Source: Patescibacteria group bacterium (GTDB taxonomy: Bacteria; Patescibacteriota; Patescibacteriia; Buchananbacterales; SURF-54). Taken from it: a stretch of DNA of 64,000 bases. The notes beneath the pieces were generated by a model that saw nothing but the letters and a program-made list of their open reading frames with translations, ran no database searches and was not told the DNA's origin. This document shows positions 46,254-55,715 of the stretch, piece by piece. The stretch is taken from assembly GCA_018818885.1 (NCBI GenBank), contig JAHIRB010000040.1, positions 32,985 to 96,984 on the forward strand, written 5' to 3'. The position numbers were made by a program, and so were the translations under genes. Numbering within the stretch: position 1 is the first letter of the stretch; each line of letters opens with the position of its first letter.

Positions 46254-47330
46254 TTATTTGTTTACTTGTCTAAAACCTAAATACAAAATATTGGTTGCCT
46301 CTGGATCGATAATTAACTTAGCTGCTGGGCTACCAGTTGGTAATCTGTTTGCTGTCCAGTTTTCTCCTCCATCGTTAGACCAATAAAATGTTGCTGGCGT
46401 GCCATAATAGATCATTTGGCTATTTTTAGGATCAACCCCTACTGTACGGATATCTGCTCCAAGTGGTGGTGTAATTAAGTCTATCGCATTCCAAGTTTGT
46501 CCCCCATCATTAGTTTTTAGTATGCCATATCTGCTCAAAAGGATTAAACCATCTGGCTTACTTGGCACAAAAATCAAATCACGATACTCAAACGCTGCAG
46601 AAAATTTTTGCAGTTCTGCGTTGACATCAAACCAGCTTTCTCCCGAGTCAATTGTTTTAAATATACCTTTTCTAGTTGTGGCTACATATATTGTCCTGGA
46701 GTTACGTGGATCAATTAATATTTTTTCTACTTTATCATCAAGTCGTTTTATTGTCGTCCAGCTTAAACCTGAATCAAAACTTTTTAAAATTTCACCAGAC
46801 ACTGTTCCAGCATAAATTATCCCAATATTAAAGTTATCAATTGCTAAATACGTAATCCCAGTCTGTGGTCTTGAATCAGTGTAAACATCATCAAATGATC
46901 GAGTGCAATCTGTAGATTTATATATTTGATTACTATATGCAACGTAGATAGTACACTTATCATTTGGGTCAACAGCTAAAGAAGCAACAGTACCAGAAGT
47001 AAATTGTTTTGGCTGCATCCAGCTTTCTCCACTATCATAACTATAGTACATTCCTTCTCCTTCACTTAATAAATATAAGGCTTGGTTGTCTTGTGGATCA
47101 AAAATAATTTGCTTTATTGTCAGTTGACCCATATTACCAAAACCTAACGCAGAAACATACAAATTCTTGGCTAACCAAGTATTACCTGAATCAAATGATT
47201 TGTAGACTCCGGCTACTGGTGGGGGTGGTTGAGTGTTAAGATTTATACAGCCAGCTAAAAAAGCTGTGCTTAATAACAATGTGACTACAAAAAATATTTT
47301 TTTTGCTTTTATTGTGTTTTTAGCAGTCAT
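46254..47330 (-). CDS. BNR/Asp-box repeat beta-propeller lipoprotein
   Basis: lipobox LAGC; six SxDxGxTW-type repeats (SFDSGNTW, SYDSGESW, SFDSGLSW, TIDSGESW, TNDGGQTW, SNDGGENW). Confidence 0.7.
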   Translation of the reverse strand: MTAKNTIKAKKIFFVVTLLLSTAFLAGCINLNTQPPPPVAGVYKSFDSGNTWLAKNLYVSALGFGNMGQLTIKQIIFDPQDNQALYLLSEGEGMYYSYDSGESWMQPKQFTSGTVASLAVDPNDKCTIYVAYSNQIYKSTDCTRSFDDVYTDSRPQTGITYLAIDNFNIGIIYAGTVSGEILKSFDSGLSWTTIKRLDDKVEKILIDPRNSRTIYVATTRKGIFKTIDSGESWFDVNAELQKFSAAFEYRDLIFVPSKPDGLILLSRYGILKTNDGGQTWNAIDLITPPLGADIRTVGVDPKNSQMIYYGTPATFYWSNDGGENWTANRLPTGSPAAKLIIDPEATNILYLGFRQVNK

Positions 47331-47333
47331 AAT

Positions 47334-48410
47334 TTATAAATTAATTAATAAATTTTCTATTGCTAGCTTTGGATTTAAATTCATTGTTAGATAATTTCTT
47401 GTAATGGCAATATTTTTCTGAATTTGCAGTAAACTGTCTTTAGAATTTTGTTTAGCTACTTTTTCTAGCTCAGACAAATTATATGAATTTTTAAGAAATT
47501 GCTCGCTTGATTTTTTTATCAAAATTAAATCACGTATTATCGAATTCCAGATGTTAAGCTTATAATCTAGTAGCTTACCTTGTTCAATAAAACCTATGCC
47601 AGTTGGTATAATGTGGCTAACTTCTTTAAACCTACTGGCTAAATTTATATTTTGGAGTTTTAAAAAACTTGTAACTTCATCTACATATTGTTGGTACATG
47701 CTTTCGTCTTCTGACATAGCCAATGCAATGCCTGGCCTTCCCAAACTCAAACTTGCAAGTTGACTAGCTTTTTTTCGTTCAATGCCTTTTTGATGTAAAT
47801 AACTGGTAATTTCTGATTTGGATACTGGCAAAAACTTTAAAGTCTGACAACGAGAAATTATTGTTTGTGGCAATTTTGTTGAATCAGAAGTCAATAATAT
47901 TAAAATGGTTTTTGGACTTGGTTCTTCCAAGGTTTTAAGTAGTGAGTTTGCTGCTTCTGTTGTCATTTTTTCTGCGTTTGTAATCACTGCGACTTTGTAT
48001 GAGTTTAAAAAAGAGCGTCTTGCTAATTTACTTTGCAATTCTCTAATTTGAGCAATACTGATATTTTTTTTATCTGATCCTGTCTTTTCGTTTTCTTCAA
48101 TTTTGACCCAATAGACATCTGGGTGAAGCCCCTTTTGGTATTGTGTGCAAGAAACACATTCATTGCAAGGAAAATTTTTGTGATCACTTTTATTTTGTTG
48201 ATGTTCAAAGCGACACAAAAGTGACGAAACAAAACATTCTGTAATCTTAGTTTTACCAATTGACTTTGGCCCAGAAAATAAATAAGCATGATTTAATTGG
48301 CCTTTAACAATTGAATGTTGCAAATACCACAAAATATTTTTGTGTCCAACAATAGGCCACTTAAATTCATCACTAAAATTAGCCTTCTTATCTATTTTTG
48401 GCATACACAT
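47334..48410 (-). CDS. holB: DNA polymerase III delta' subunit-like AAA+ protein
   Basis: GPKSIGKT Walker A, clamp-loader architecture. Confidence 0.65.
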   Translation of the reverse strand: MCMPKIDKKANFSDEFKWPIVGHKNILWYLQHSIVKGQLNHAYLFSGPKSIGKTKITECFVSSLLCRFEHQQNKSDHKNFPCNECVSCTQYQKGLHPDVYWVKIEENEKTGSDKKNISIAQIRELQSKLARRSFLNSYKVAVITNAEKMTTEAANSLLKTLEEPSPKTILILLTSDSTKLPQTIISRCQTLKFLPVSKSEITSYLHQKGIERKKASQLASLSLGRPGIALAMSEDESMYQQYVDEVTSFLKLQNINLASRFKEVSHIIPTGIGFIEQGKLLDYKLNIWNSIIRDLILIKKSSEQFLKNSYNLSELEKVAKQNSKDSLLQIQKNIAITRNYLTMNLNPKLAIENLLINL

Positions 48411-48549
48411 ATTTTACCATAAAACTTAATATTTGCAAGTATTCTAGGTCAATGACACAATAACTCTAAAACTCGTCAACTTCGTCCCTCGGCCAGCTCG
48501 AGACTTTGCAGTATTGTTCATGCCTCGTCACTCGCAAGCGACGATGCAC

Positions 48550-48575
48550 GTCACGTCGGTCGCGACCGACGTGAC
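48550..48575. repeat. 26-bp perfect palindrome gtcacgtcggtcg|cgaccgacgtgac (REP-like) near RAYT gene
   Basis: read directly; flanked by further GC-rich imperfect hairpins 48515-48545. Confidence 0.7.
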
Positions 48576-48605
48576 ACGCAGCTTGAAAATCATAAGTGTG
48601 GGTGA

Positions 48606-48650
48606 AAAGAAATAATATAAAGAATTAAGCCCTCAGACACTGCCGAGGGC
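48606..48650 (-). terminator. intrinsic terminator downstream of tRNA-like element
   Basis: gccctc-agacactgcc-gagggc stem; minus strand followed by ttaattctttatattatttcttttc. Confidence 0.5.
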
Positions 48651-48667
48651 TTGCTTAGCAAAAATAT

Positions 48668-48760
48668 GGTGGGGGAGAATAGAGAGGTTCGAACTCTCGA
48701 GTTAATAATCGAGGAAGTGAGCACTCGCGTTTGGTTATATTTGAGACCATATCCCCCACC
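48668..48760 (-). ncRNA. tRNA-like structured element (~93 nt): 9-bp terminal helix GGUGGGGGA/UCCCCCACC, internal T-arm GAGAG-UUCGAAC-CUCUC; does not fold as canonical cloverleaf
   Basis: GC-rich island in AT-rich intergenic region, T-loop consensus, terminator downstream on same strand. Confidence 0.35.
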
Positions 48761-48851
48761 ACGCTGTTTATTATTGTAGCTGATTGTAAAAAATTGTCAA
48801 ATCAATTTTTCCACATGTTTATATATACAGATTATAAGCTTATTATTAATT

Positions 48852-49406
48852 TTAATATTTATGAAGATACTCGCTTGTTTCTTTTGGTGCTTTATAATAT
48901 TTGATAAAACTTGAATATTTATATTGATCTGCACATTTTACCAAACCTGCACGGATCGGATTATCGTGAATGTAATCTAATTTTTGATCGAAATCTTTCT
49001 CGTTTCGAATAATATGATCGTAAAATGATTTTTGCCAAATTGGTTCTTCTCTTAATCTTGCGCGGATGACCCATGAAGGGTCATCTACGGGATGTAGAAA
49101 TTTTGTTTTTTCCGTAGCAGAACCTTCATGGTTCTGCGTCTTTATATATTGATATGCAAAATTTCCTTTAATTCTGTGCATGCAATCTGATATTTTCATC
49201 TTCTCGTCTGGTTGTATTAATAAATGGACATGGTCTGGCATTACGACATGTCCATATATTTTAAACTTGTATCTTTTTTGACACGCCAACAAAATTTTTA
49301 GAAACAACTCACAATATTGTTCATCGTTAAAAATTTTGACTCTATTGAATGTATTTGTTGTAATAAAGTATATTTGATTGTTTACGTATATTCTTTTTAA
49401 CGGCAT
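48852..49406 (-). CDS. REP-associated tyrosine transposase (RAYT; IS200/IS605 TnpA-like, Y1 HUH)
   Basis: HVHLLIQ HUH motif and C-terminal catalytic Tyr region SFYDHIIRNE; single copy without IS ends; GC-rich palindromes adjacent. Confidence 0.75.
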   Translation of the reverse strand: MPLKRIYVNNQIYFITTNTFNRVKIFNDEQYCELFLKILLACQKRYKFKIYGHVVMPDHVHLLIQPDEKMKISDCMHRIKGNFAYQYIKTQNHEGSATEKTKFLHPVDDPSWVIRARLREEPIWQKSFYDHIIRNEKDFDQKLDYIHDNPIRAGLVKCADQYKYSSFIKYYKAPKETSEYLHKY

Positions 49407-49436
49407 ATAGTTATATCCATGCGCCGTTGTAAATGT

Positions 49437-50447
49437 TTATTTCATTGCTAGAATACTTCGCTTATAACTTTCTAGATTTTCTAAGGCTATGCCTGTGCCT
49501 TTAGCTACACATAACAGTGGTTCGTCTGCAACATATGTTGGCACCCCGGTTGCACGAGCAAGCAATTGATCAATATTACGCAGCTGGCTTGAACCACCTG
49601 TCATTATCATACCTTTATCAATTACATCTGCAGAAAGTTCTGGTGGCGTGTTGTGCAATACATCTTTACAAGCATTAATAATTCCTTCTAGTTCGTTTTG
49701 GATAGCTTCTGTGATGTCATCGGAACTTACAGTCACGGTTCTTGGCAAACCAGACACTACATCTCGGCCACGCACATCTTGATACATTTTTTCATCTAAA
49801 TATAATGCTGAACCAATATCTATTTTTATTTTTTCTGCAGTTCTCTCCCCTATCGCTAAACCATGCTTACGTCTGATGTATTCTGTAATTGCAGTATCAA
49901 ATTTATTTCCGCCAATCCTGACAGAAGTTGAGGCTACAATTCCGCCTAGCGAGATTACAGCCATTTCCGAAGTTCCGCCACCAATATCAATTACCATATG
50001 ACCCGATGGACTGCCGATTGGAATATCTGCTCCAATAGCAGCTACAATTGGTTCTTTGATTATGTAGGCTGCTTTGGCTCCAGCTGCAATAGTGGCGTCA
50101 ATGACTGCTCTTCTTTCTGTTGATGTAATACCTGCTGGCACTGCAACCATAACTTCTGGCCTAAATAAATGAACACCACCTAAAGCTTTGTTTACAAAAT
50201 ATCTAAGCATAGCTGCGGTAGTTTTGTAGTCTGCAATAACGCCGTCTTTAAGTGGACGAGAAGCAATAATGGTGTCTGGAGTTCTGCCAAGCATTTCTTT
50301 TGCCTCTACACCAACTGCTAGAATCTTTTTATCTATAATTGATATCGCGACAACAGAAGGTTCATTAATTACAATACCTCGCTTAGGTACGTAAACTAAG
50401 GTATTTGTTGTTCCAAGATCAATTCCAATTTTTTTAATGAATTTCAT
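49437..50447 (-). CDS. MreB/Mbl-like actin homolog (second paralog)
   Basis: IGIDLGTTNT, GGGTSE motifs. Confidence 0.85.
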   Translation of the reverse strand: MKFIKKIGIDLGTTNTLVYVPKRGIVINEPSVVAISIIDKKILAVGVEAKEMLGRTPDTIIASRPLKDGVIADYKTTAAMLRYFVNKALGGVHLFRPEVMVAVPAGITSTERRAVIDATIAAGAKAAYIIKEPIVAAIGADIPIGSPSGHMVIDIGGGTSEMAVISLGGIVASTSVRIGGNKFDTAITEYIRRKHGLAIGERTAEKIKIDIGSALYLDEKMYQDVRGRDVVSGLPRTVTVSSDDITEAIQNELEGIINACKDVLHNTPPELSADVIDKGMIMTGGSSQLRNIDQLLARATGVPTYVADEPLLCVAKGTGIALENLESYKRSILAMK

Positions 50448-50477
50448 GTGTATTTAAGCAACTTTTGGCTCGCCTCG

Positions 50478-51353
50478 CTAGACACGAGTCAGAGCGGGTA
50501 AATTAACGCCAAGATATTTGGCAGAGTATTTAAAGGCATCTGAGATGTGAATTCGTGTTATTTTACTAAATATGCTCTTTATACCTGATTTTTCTGCAGA
50601 TAATCTTTGATGATAGTGCACCATTTCTGCTGTTGCTAAATAGTAGACTGCAAAACTATCTTGCCAGAAACGGCGGCACCAGTCAACATCTGAATAATAC
50701 ATAAAAAATCTTTCATCCATCAGACCGACTTTGTCAAACGCTCTTCTTTTTACCATCATTCCTGAACCCAATAGCCATTCGACTGGCTTATTTTGATCGT
50801 GATCCCAATCTTTCATTAAATATTTAGCCAAAATCTTTTTTGCTGCTGGAAGTTTTCCCAAAATTGTTCTACGTAGAATTGGAATATACCATTTTGGAAA
50901 TCGATATGCAGAAAGTTGTACGCTACCATCTGGATTAATTAATTTTGGTCCAACCATACCAACACTTTCATTTTCTTGTAAATAACTTATCATATTTTCT
51001 ATTGCACCTTTAAGTACGGTGATATCTGGATTAAGGATCAAGATGTTCTGGCCTTTTGCTTTTCGTATTCCCAAATTATTTCCTGCTGTATAACCAATAT
51101 TTTCTTTTGATTCGATCAATTCAACTGATCCTTTAAAATTTACGTCTTTATTTTCGATATAATTTGTTTTGATCATTTCAACACAGCTATCGTTTGATCC
51201 GTTATCAACAACGATGACCTCATAATCTAAATCTAAATTTAAAAGCTCAATTCCTTTGATGCATTGTTTGACTAAACCTTTGGTTTTATAATTTAAAATT
51301 ATGATCGATAAGTCCATATGTACAATTGATAAGTAACAATGTGCAAGGTACAA
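50478..51353 (-). CDS. glycosyltransferase family 2
   Basis: LSIIILNYK...VVDNGSNDS. Confidence 0.8.
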   Translation of the reverse strand: MYLAHCYLSIVHMDLSIIILNYKTKGLVKQCIKGIELLNLDLDYEVIVVDNGSNDSCVEMIKTNYIENKDVNFKGSVELIESKENIGYTAGNNLGIRKAKGQNILILNPDITVLKGAIENMISYLQENESVGMVGPKLINPDGSVQLSAYRFPKWYIPILRRTILGKLPAAKKILAKYLMKDWDHDQNKPVEWLLGSGMMVKRRAFDKVGLMDERFFMYYSDVDWCRRFWQDSFAVYYLATAEMVHYHQRLSAEKSGIKSIFSKITRIHISDAFKYSAKYLGVNLPALTRV

Positions 51354-51386
51354 ATTTCTTTATTGTACATTGACACTTGTACCTTG

Positions 51387-52445
51387 CTATCTAAACCATT
51401 TTCTAATATCTTTTGCAGATACTTTTCGGTGTCCCATGATTACTCTTCTCTTAATTAAAGTTTTTGGTAGTTGTTTAAAAAATTTAATAATACTCTTAAT
51501 CTGGAAAGGTTCTAAAATTAAGGCATAACCAAACATTTTTAATTCGTACCATAATATATACAAGGAATGAACAAAAAGATTTTTGGGTATTGAATTTTTT
51601 ACCAGCATTAAATGATGATTCTTAAAAGAATAATATCGTAATACTTTTGGTAATTTTTTGTGATGAGAAGCAATGCCAACCGAACTGGATTTTTTAGAAC
51701 CACCTAAACGTCTGTGATGATACGCAACGGCAGTTGGCACATACCAGTTTTGCCAACCATATAAACGCATACGCCAGGCTAGATCAATGTCTTCCTTGTA
51801 AGCAAAGAAATCTTCATCAAAATATTCTTTTCTAATTACTACATCATTTAACGCTTCTCTACTAAACAATGTGCACGCCCCAGAAAGGCCAAAAACTTCT
51901 TCTGCTCTATCAAACTGTCCTTTATCAGTTTGGTACTCTCCTCTATTAATTACACGTCTAGTTTTAAAAATTTTAAGCCCAGCAGCATCAATTTTATCTG
52001 ATTTAACTAGCTCCTTTTGTCCTCCCTCTTTTTCTGCAGGATTCATTTCGCTGGTATAAAGTTTTAATAATTTTCCGCCAAAACTTCCGCCTTGAGGCTT
52101 ATTTTGTGCAAAATAGACAATTTCGGACAAAAAATCTTCTGTTAACACTACATCATCGTTCATAGCTAAAATATATGGGCTTTTAGAAAGTTTGATTCCT
52201 TGATTGTATGCTTTAGCAAAACCAAGATTTTTAAAATTTTGCAAAACAAATACTGTTGGATAATGTGTACGTATAAATTCTACTGTACCATCATCAGAAC
52301 CATTATCAATAACAATAACCGAAAAATCTCTATAACTTTGATGCACTAGCGATTCAAAACTATCAAAAAGATATCTCATTGAATTCCAAGTGACAATAAC
52401 AACTGCAACTTTTGGAACATTTTCAAATTGTGTTGTAGTTTCCAT
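51387..52445 (-). CDS. glycosyltransferase family 2
   Basis: VAVVIVTWNS...IDNGSDDGT. Confidence 0.8.
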   Translation of the reverse strand: METTTQFENVPKVAVVIVTWNSMRYLFDSFESLVHQSYRDFSVIVIDNGSDDGTVEFIRTHYPTVFVLQNFKNLGFAKAYNQGIKLSKSPYILAMNDDVVLTEDFLSEIVYFAQNKPQGGSFGGKLLKLYTSEMNPAEKEGGQKELVKSDKIDAAGLKIFKTRRVINRGEYQTDKGQFDRAEEVFGLSGACTLFSREALNDVVIRKEYFDEDFFAYKEDIDLAWRMRLYGWQNWYVPTAVAYHHRRLGGSKKSSSVGIASHHKKLPKVLRYYSFKNHHLMLVKNSIPKNLFVHSLYILWYELKMFGYALILEPFQIKSIIKFFKQLPKTLIKRRVIMGHRKVSAKDIRKWFR

Positions 52446-52448
52446 ATT

Positions 52449-53942
52449 TTAATTTTTCTTTTCACTTACCCAAAAGCCTAAGCGAAACTTACCACCAAGC
52501 ATAAGACGAGTCTGTGCATCAGTAGCTGGGACTGAACCAAACAATATTAAGGTAAAAGGCACCATCAACCATTGCAATATCATGACCAAATAACTTCTCA
52601 ACGGAAGATGTTTTGGTTTTGATGGTAACATCAAGGTATAAACAACTGCTGTTACAATTAATCCTGTCATGGCTAAAGTCATAAGCGAAGCAAGCATATT
52701 AGGAGCGTTTTGAAACGATGCTGTGGCCTTGTCGTTTTCTGTTGCCAACCATAGAGGCAAACGTCCTACCATCAAAATAATTAGCGGGGCTGTTGCCCAC
52801 GAATATACTCCTTCTGTTTGATTCCATAAATAATACATCTTCTTTAAAAATGGTATTTTTTTGTTACCGTTCTTCCCCCAAAAATGCCATACCATCCATG
52901 GGAAATGCTCAACTCCCCATGCCCATCGACGCATTTGTTTATATTGATTAACTATACTCTTTTTAAACTGTCCCACATCCACCGTATTCATAAAAAGTGG
53001 GATATATAATGGAGTAACCTCGTAATTTCCATCATAGTGAACTAAACATTGCAAAAATATTCGTGAATCTTCTGTTACAATTGTCTTATCCCAAAAACCA
53101 ATATCCACCAAGGCCTTAAAACTCATGCTGTGAGAAGAAAAAGTAAACAAACGCTCACTTCGCGAAAGATCAGTTAATAACCAAAAGGTTGTTGAAGAGG
53201 CTACCACTCTAACAATTGGGTTTGATTGCCAAATATTGTTATTATAGATTGCCACAGGTTGAAAACTGGTCTTAGTAGGATCTTTATGATTTAAATAGTT
53301 GTATGTCAGATAGGCAAAATATTGTTCGTGCGGACGCGTGTCGACATCAAAGGAAGAAACAATTACTTTTTCGTATGGTAATACTAATTCGTCGATATAC
53401 TTCTTTGCTTGTTTACCAGCATAATGTATATTTGATCCTTTCCCTGGTAGTTCGTCTTCTGCAACTTCGTGCAAAGTTATTAATAATTTTGAAATTTTAT
53501 CTTGATACTTATTTTTTATTTTTTCTGAAATTTCTAAAAAGTTTTTTTTGTCTCGTTTCTCTCCGGCTAAGACTATAATAATTTTTTTAAGATCGTATTT
53601 TGAATTACATATACTAGCAAAGGTGTGATCAACAACATCGAGTGGCTCCTGATATGTTGGTAAAAAAATTAAATGATGATAATCTTGCCAATTCTTTTCG
53701 TTATAATTTTGTAATTTGTGCCACCAATCAACTTTTAGATCTTTTTTGTGCCTAAACCAAGAGGTCAACATATATATCATCATATATAAAATTCTAAGTA
53801 ACCAATATAAATCAAAGGCAATAATAAAATAAATTGCCCAGAGAGGTTTAATAAATGAGAGTGTAAACGCTCCAATAAATGTAGCCCAGACAAGAAAGCC
53901 TGGTATTATTTCTAGTATTCTATACTTAATTGTATCGTTCAT
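52449..53942 (-). CDS. membrane-embedded processive GT2-like glycosyltransferase (QxxRW)
   Basis: N- and C-terminal TM bundles around cytoplasmic domain with QMRRW motif. Confidence 0.55.
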   Translation of the reverse strand: MNDTIKYRILEIIPGFLVWATFIGAFTLSFIKPLWAIYFIIAFDLYWLLRILYMMIYMLTSWFRHKKDLKVDWWHKLQNYNEKNWQDYHHLIFLPTYQEPLDVVDHTFASICNSKYDLKKIIIVLAGEKRDKKNFLEISEKIKNKYQDKISKLLITLHEVAEDELPGKGSNIHYAGKQAKKYIDELVLPYEKVIVSSFDVDTRPHEQYFAYLTYNYLNHKDPTKTSFQPVAIYNNNIWQSNPIVRVVASSTTFWLLTDLSRSERLFTFSSHSMSFKALVDIGFWDKTIVTEDSRIFLQCLVHYDGNYEVTPLYIPLFMNTVDVGQFKKSIVNQYKQMRRWAWGVEHFPWMVWHFWGKNGNKKIPFLKKMYYLWNQTEGVYSWATAPLIILMVGRLPLWLATENDKATASFQNAPNMLASLMTLAMTGLIVTAVVYTLMLPSKPKHLPLRSYLVMILQWLMVPFTLILFGSVPATDAQTRLMLGGKFRLGFWVSEKKN

Positions 53943-54039
53943 ATATGAATTTTTGACAAACTTATTTTATCAAGTAATGTTCAAATTAGCAAATTAAAAA
54001 ACAACGCACTGGCATTGCTTGTACACAAAATGTATTCAA

Positions 54040-55614
54040 TTAAATTAGGGGTTTGCCGGTCATATCTTTTGGCTGGCTGATACCCATAATTCTTAATATA
54101 GTTGGTGCAACATCAGAAAGCAATCCTGTTGTTTGTATGATACTCAAATCACGCCCAATAGCATCAGTACCAAATTCTGATGACTTACCTTTGTATTCAG
54201 ATCCAACAATTATTAAAGGTACTGGATTCGTGCTATGTTCTTTATCAATTTCTCCTGTTTGTAGATTAAGTAATTCTTCGGCATTACCGTGGTCTGCTGT
54301 TATTACAGCAACACCTCCAACTGAAAGTATTGTTTTTAATAATTTGCCTAAATTTGAATCTACACTTTCCACAGATTTAATAGTTGGATCCACAAGACCA
54401 GTATGTCCGACCATGTCTGCGTTAGCATAATTTAATACTACAAAATCATGCTTACCTGTTTTTAATGCTTCAATCAATTTTTCGGTAACTTCGGCAGCAC
54501 TCATTTCTGGTTTTTTGTCGTAAGTTGCAACAGAAGGCGAAGGAACCAAAATTCTTTCTTCTTTTTTGAACTCATCTTCTTTGCCGCCGTTAAAAAAGAA
54601 GGTAACATGAGCATATTTTTCTGTTTCTGCTATGTGCAGTTGTGCTAAACCTTTGTCTTGAATGATTTTTGATAGTGGCGATTGAATCGGTTCAGGAGGA
54701 AAAGCAACTTCAACAGGTAAATCCTTAGAATACTCCATCATTGTCGCAAAAAATAGCCCCTTTAAATACTGTAAACGTGAAAATTTTTCAAATCCAGGCA
54801 AAGTAAAAGCTGCTGTCATCTGTCTTGCGCGATCTGCTCTATAATTAAAAAATATTACTGCATCTTTTTCTTCTATCTTTGCACCGTCTGGCATAGCAGT
54901 GGGTATAAACTCCTCATCAAATACATTTTTTGAATATGAATCCTCAATTGCTTTAAGTGGATCACTGGCAGCGCTTTCTGCTTGTCTAGTAGTCATGACT
55001 GTATATGATTTTTCTATACGATCCCAATGATTATTTCTATCCATAGCATAATAACGCCCATGCAAAGATGCAATTTTTCCTACACCTATTTCTTGTATCT
55101 TAGCTTGGAGTTGTTTTATAAAATCTAAAGCCGCATCTTTTTTGGTGTCTCGCCCATCCAATATGGCATGAATATATACTTCGTTTATTTTATTTTGTTT
55201 ACACAGTTCCAGCAATGCATAAAGATGGTCTTGATGACTATGTACTCCTCCATTAGAAATCAATCCTAGTAGATGAAGTTTAGATTTATTTTTTCCAACG
55301 TGCTTTACAGCTTTTAATAAAACTTCATTTTTGAAAAAATTACCTTCTGATATTTCTTTATTAATTCTGGGTAAACTTTGATAGATAACTTTGCCTGAAC
55401 CTAAATTAAGATGGCCAACTTCGGAATTGCCCATCTCACCCCAACTTAAACCAACTGCTTCGCCAGACGCCTGCAGAGTCATGGTGGGATAAGTAGCAAT
55501 GAGCTGATCCATGACAGGCGTCTTTGCTAGACTAACACCATTACCTCCAGAAGGAGGTGCAATCCCCCATCCGTCTAGAATAATAAGTACTACTGGTTTT
55601 GGTTTTTTTGTCAT
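54040..55614 (-). CDS. gpmI: 2,3-bisphosphoglycerate-independent phosphoglycerate mutase
   Basis: ILDGWG N-terminus, full-length iPGM similarity. Confidence 0.9.
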   Translation of the reverse strand: MTKKPKPVVLIILDGWGIAPPSGGNGVSLAKTPVMDQLIATYPTMTLQASGEAVGLSWGEMGNSEVGHLNLGSGKVIYQSLPRINKEISEGNFFKNEVLLKAVKHVGKNKSKLHLLGLISNGGVHSHQDHLYALLELCKQNKINEVYIHAILDGRDTKKDAALDFIKQLQAKIQEIGVGKIASLHGRYYAMDRNNHWDRIEKSYTVMTTRQAESAASDPLKAIEDSYSKNVFDEEFIPTAMPDGAKIEEKDAVIFFNYRADRARQMTAAFTLPGFEKFSRLQYLKGLFFATMMEYSKDLPVEVAFPPEPIQSPLSKIIQDKGLAQLHIAETEKYAHVTFFFNGGKEDEFKKEERILVPSPSVATYDKKPEMSAAEVTEKLIEALKTGKHDFVVLNYANADMVGHTGLVDPTIKSVESVDSNLGKLLKTILSVGGVAVITADHGNAEELLNLQTGEIDKEHSTNPVPLIIVGSEYKGKSSEFGTDAIGRDLSIIQTTGLLSDVAPTILRIMGISQPKDMTGKPLI

Positions 55615-55715
55615 ACCCCGTAGTAGAAATTTGATTTATTAGAATATATCATATATATTATTACCCCATACAAATTTGACTTTATACCTATCAAATTTTC
55701 ACTACGGGGCATATT

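Noticed and set aside
48668-48760. Canonical tRNA (including tRNA-Sec)
   Set aside because: T-arm and closing helix are present but 4-5 extra nucleotides separate them, and no D-arm or anticodon arm could be placed; kept only as tRNA-like ncRNA with low confidence
48411-48851. tmRNA (ssrA) in the 440-bp GC-rich structured intergenic region
   Set aside because: No tag-peptide reading frame ending in ..AA-stop on either strand, and the T-arm is not followed directly by a 7-nt acceptor strand plus ACCA; the region is better explained as REP-like palindromes plus a short tRNA-like element
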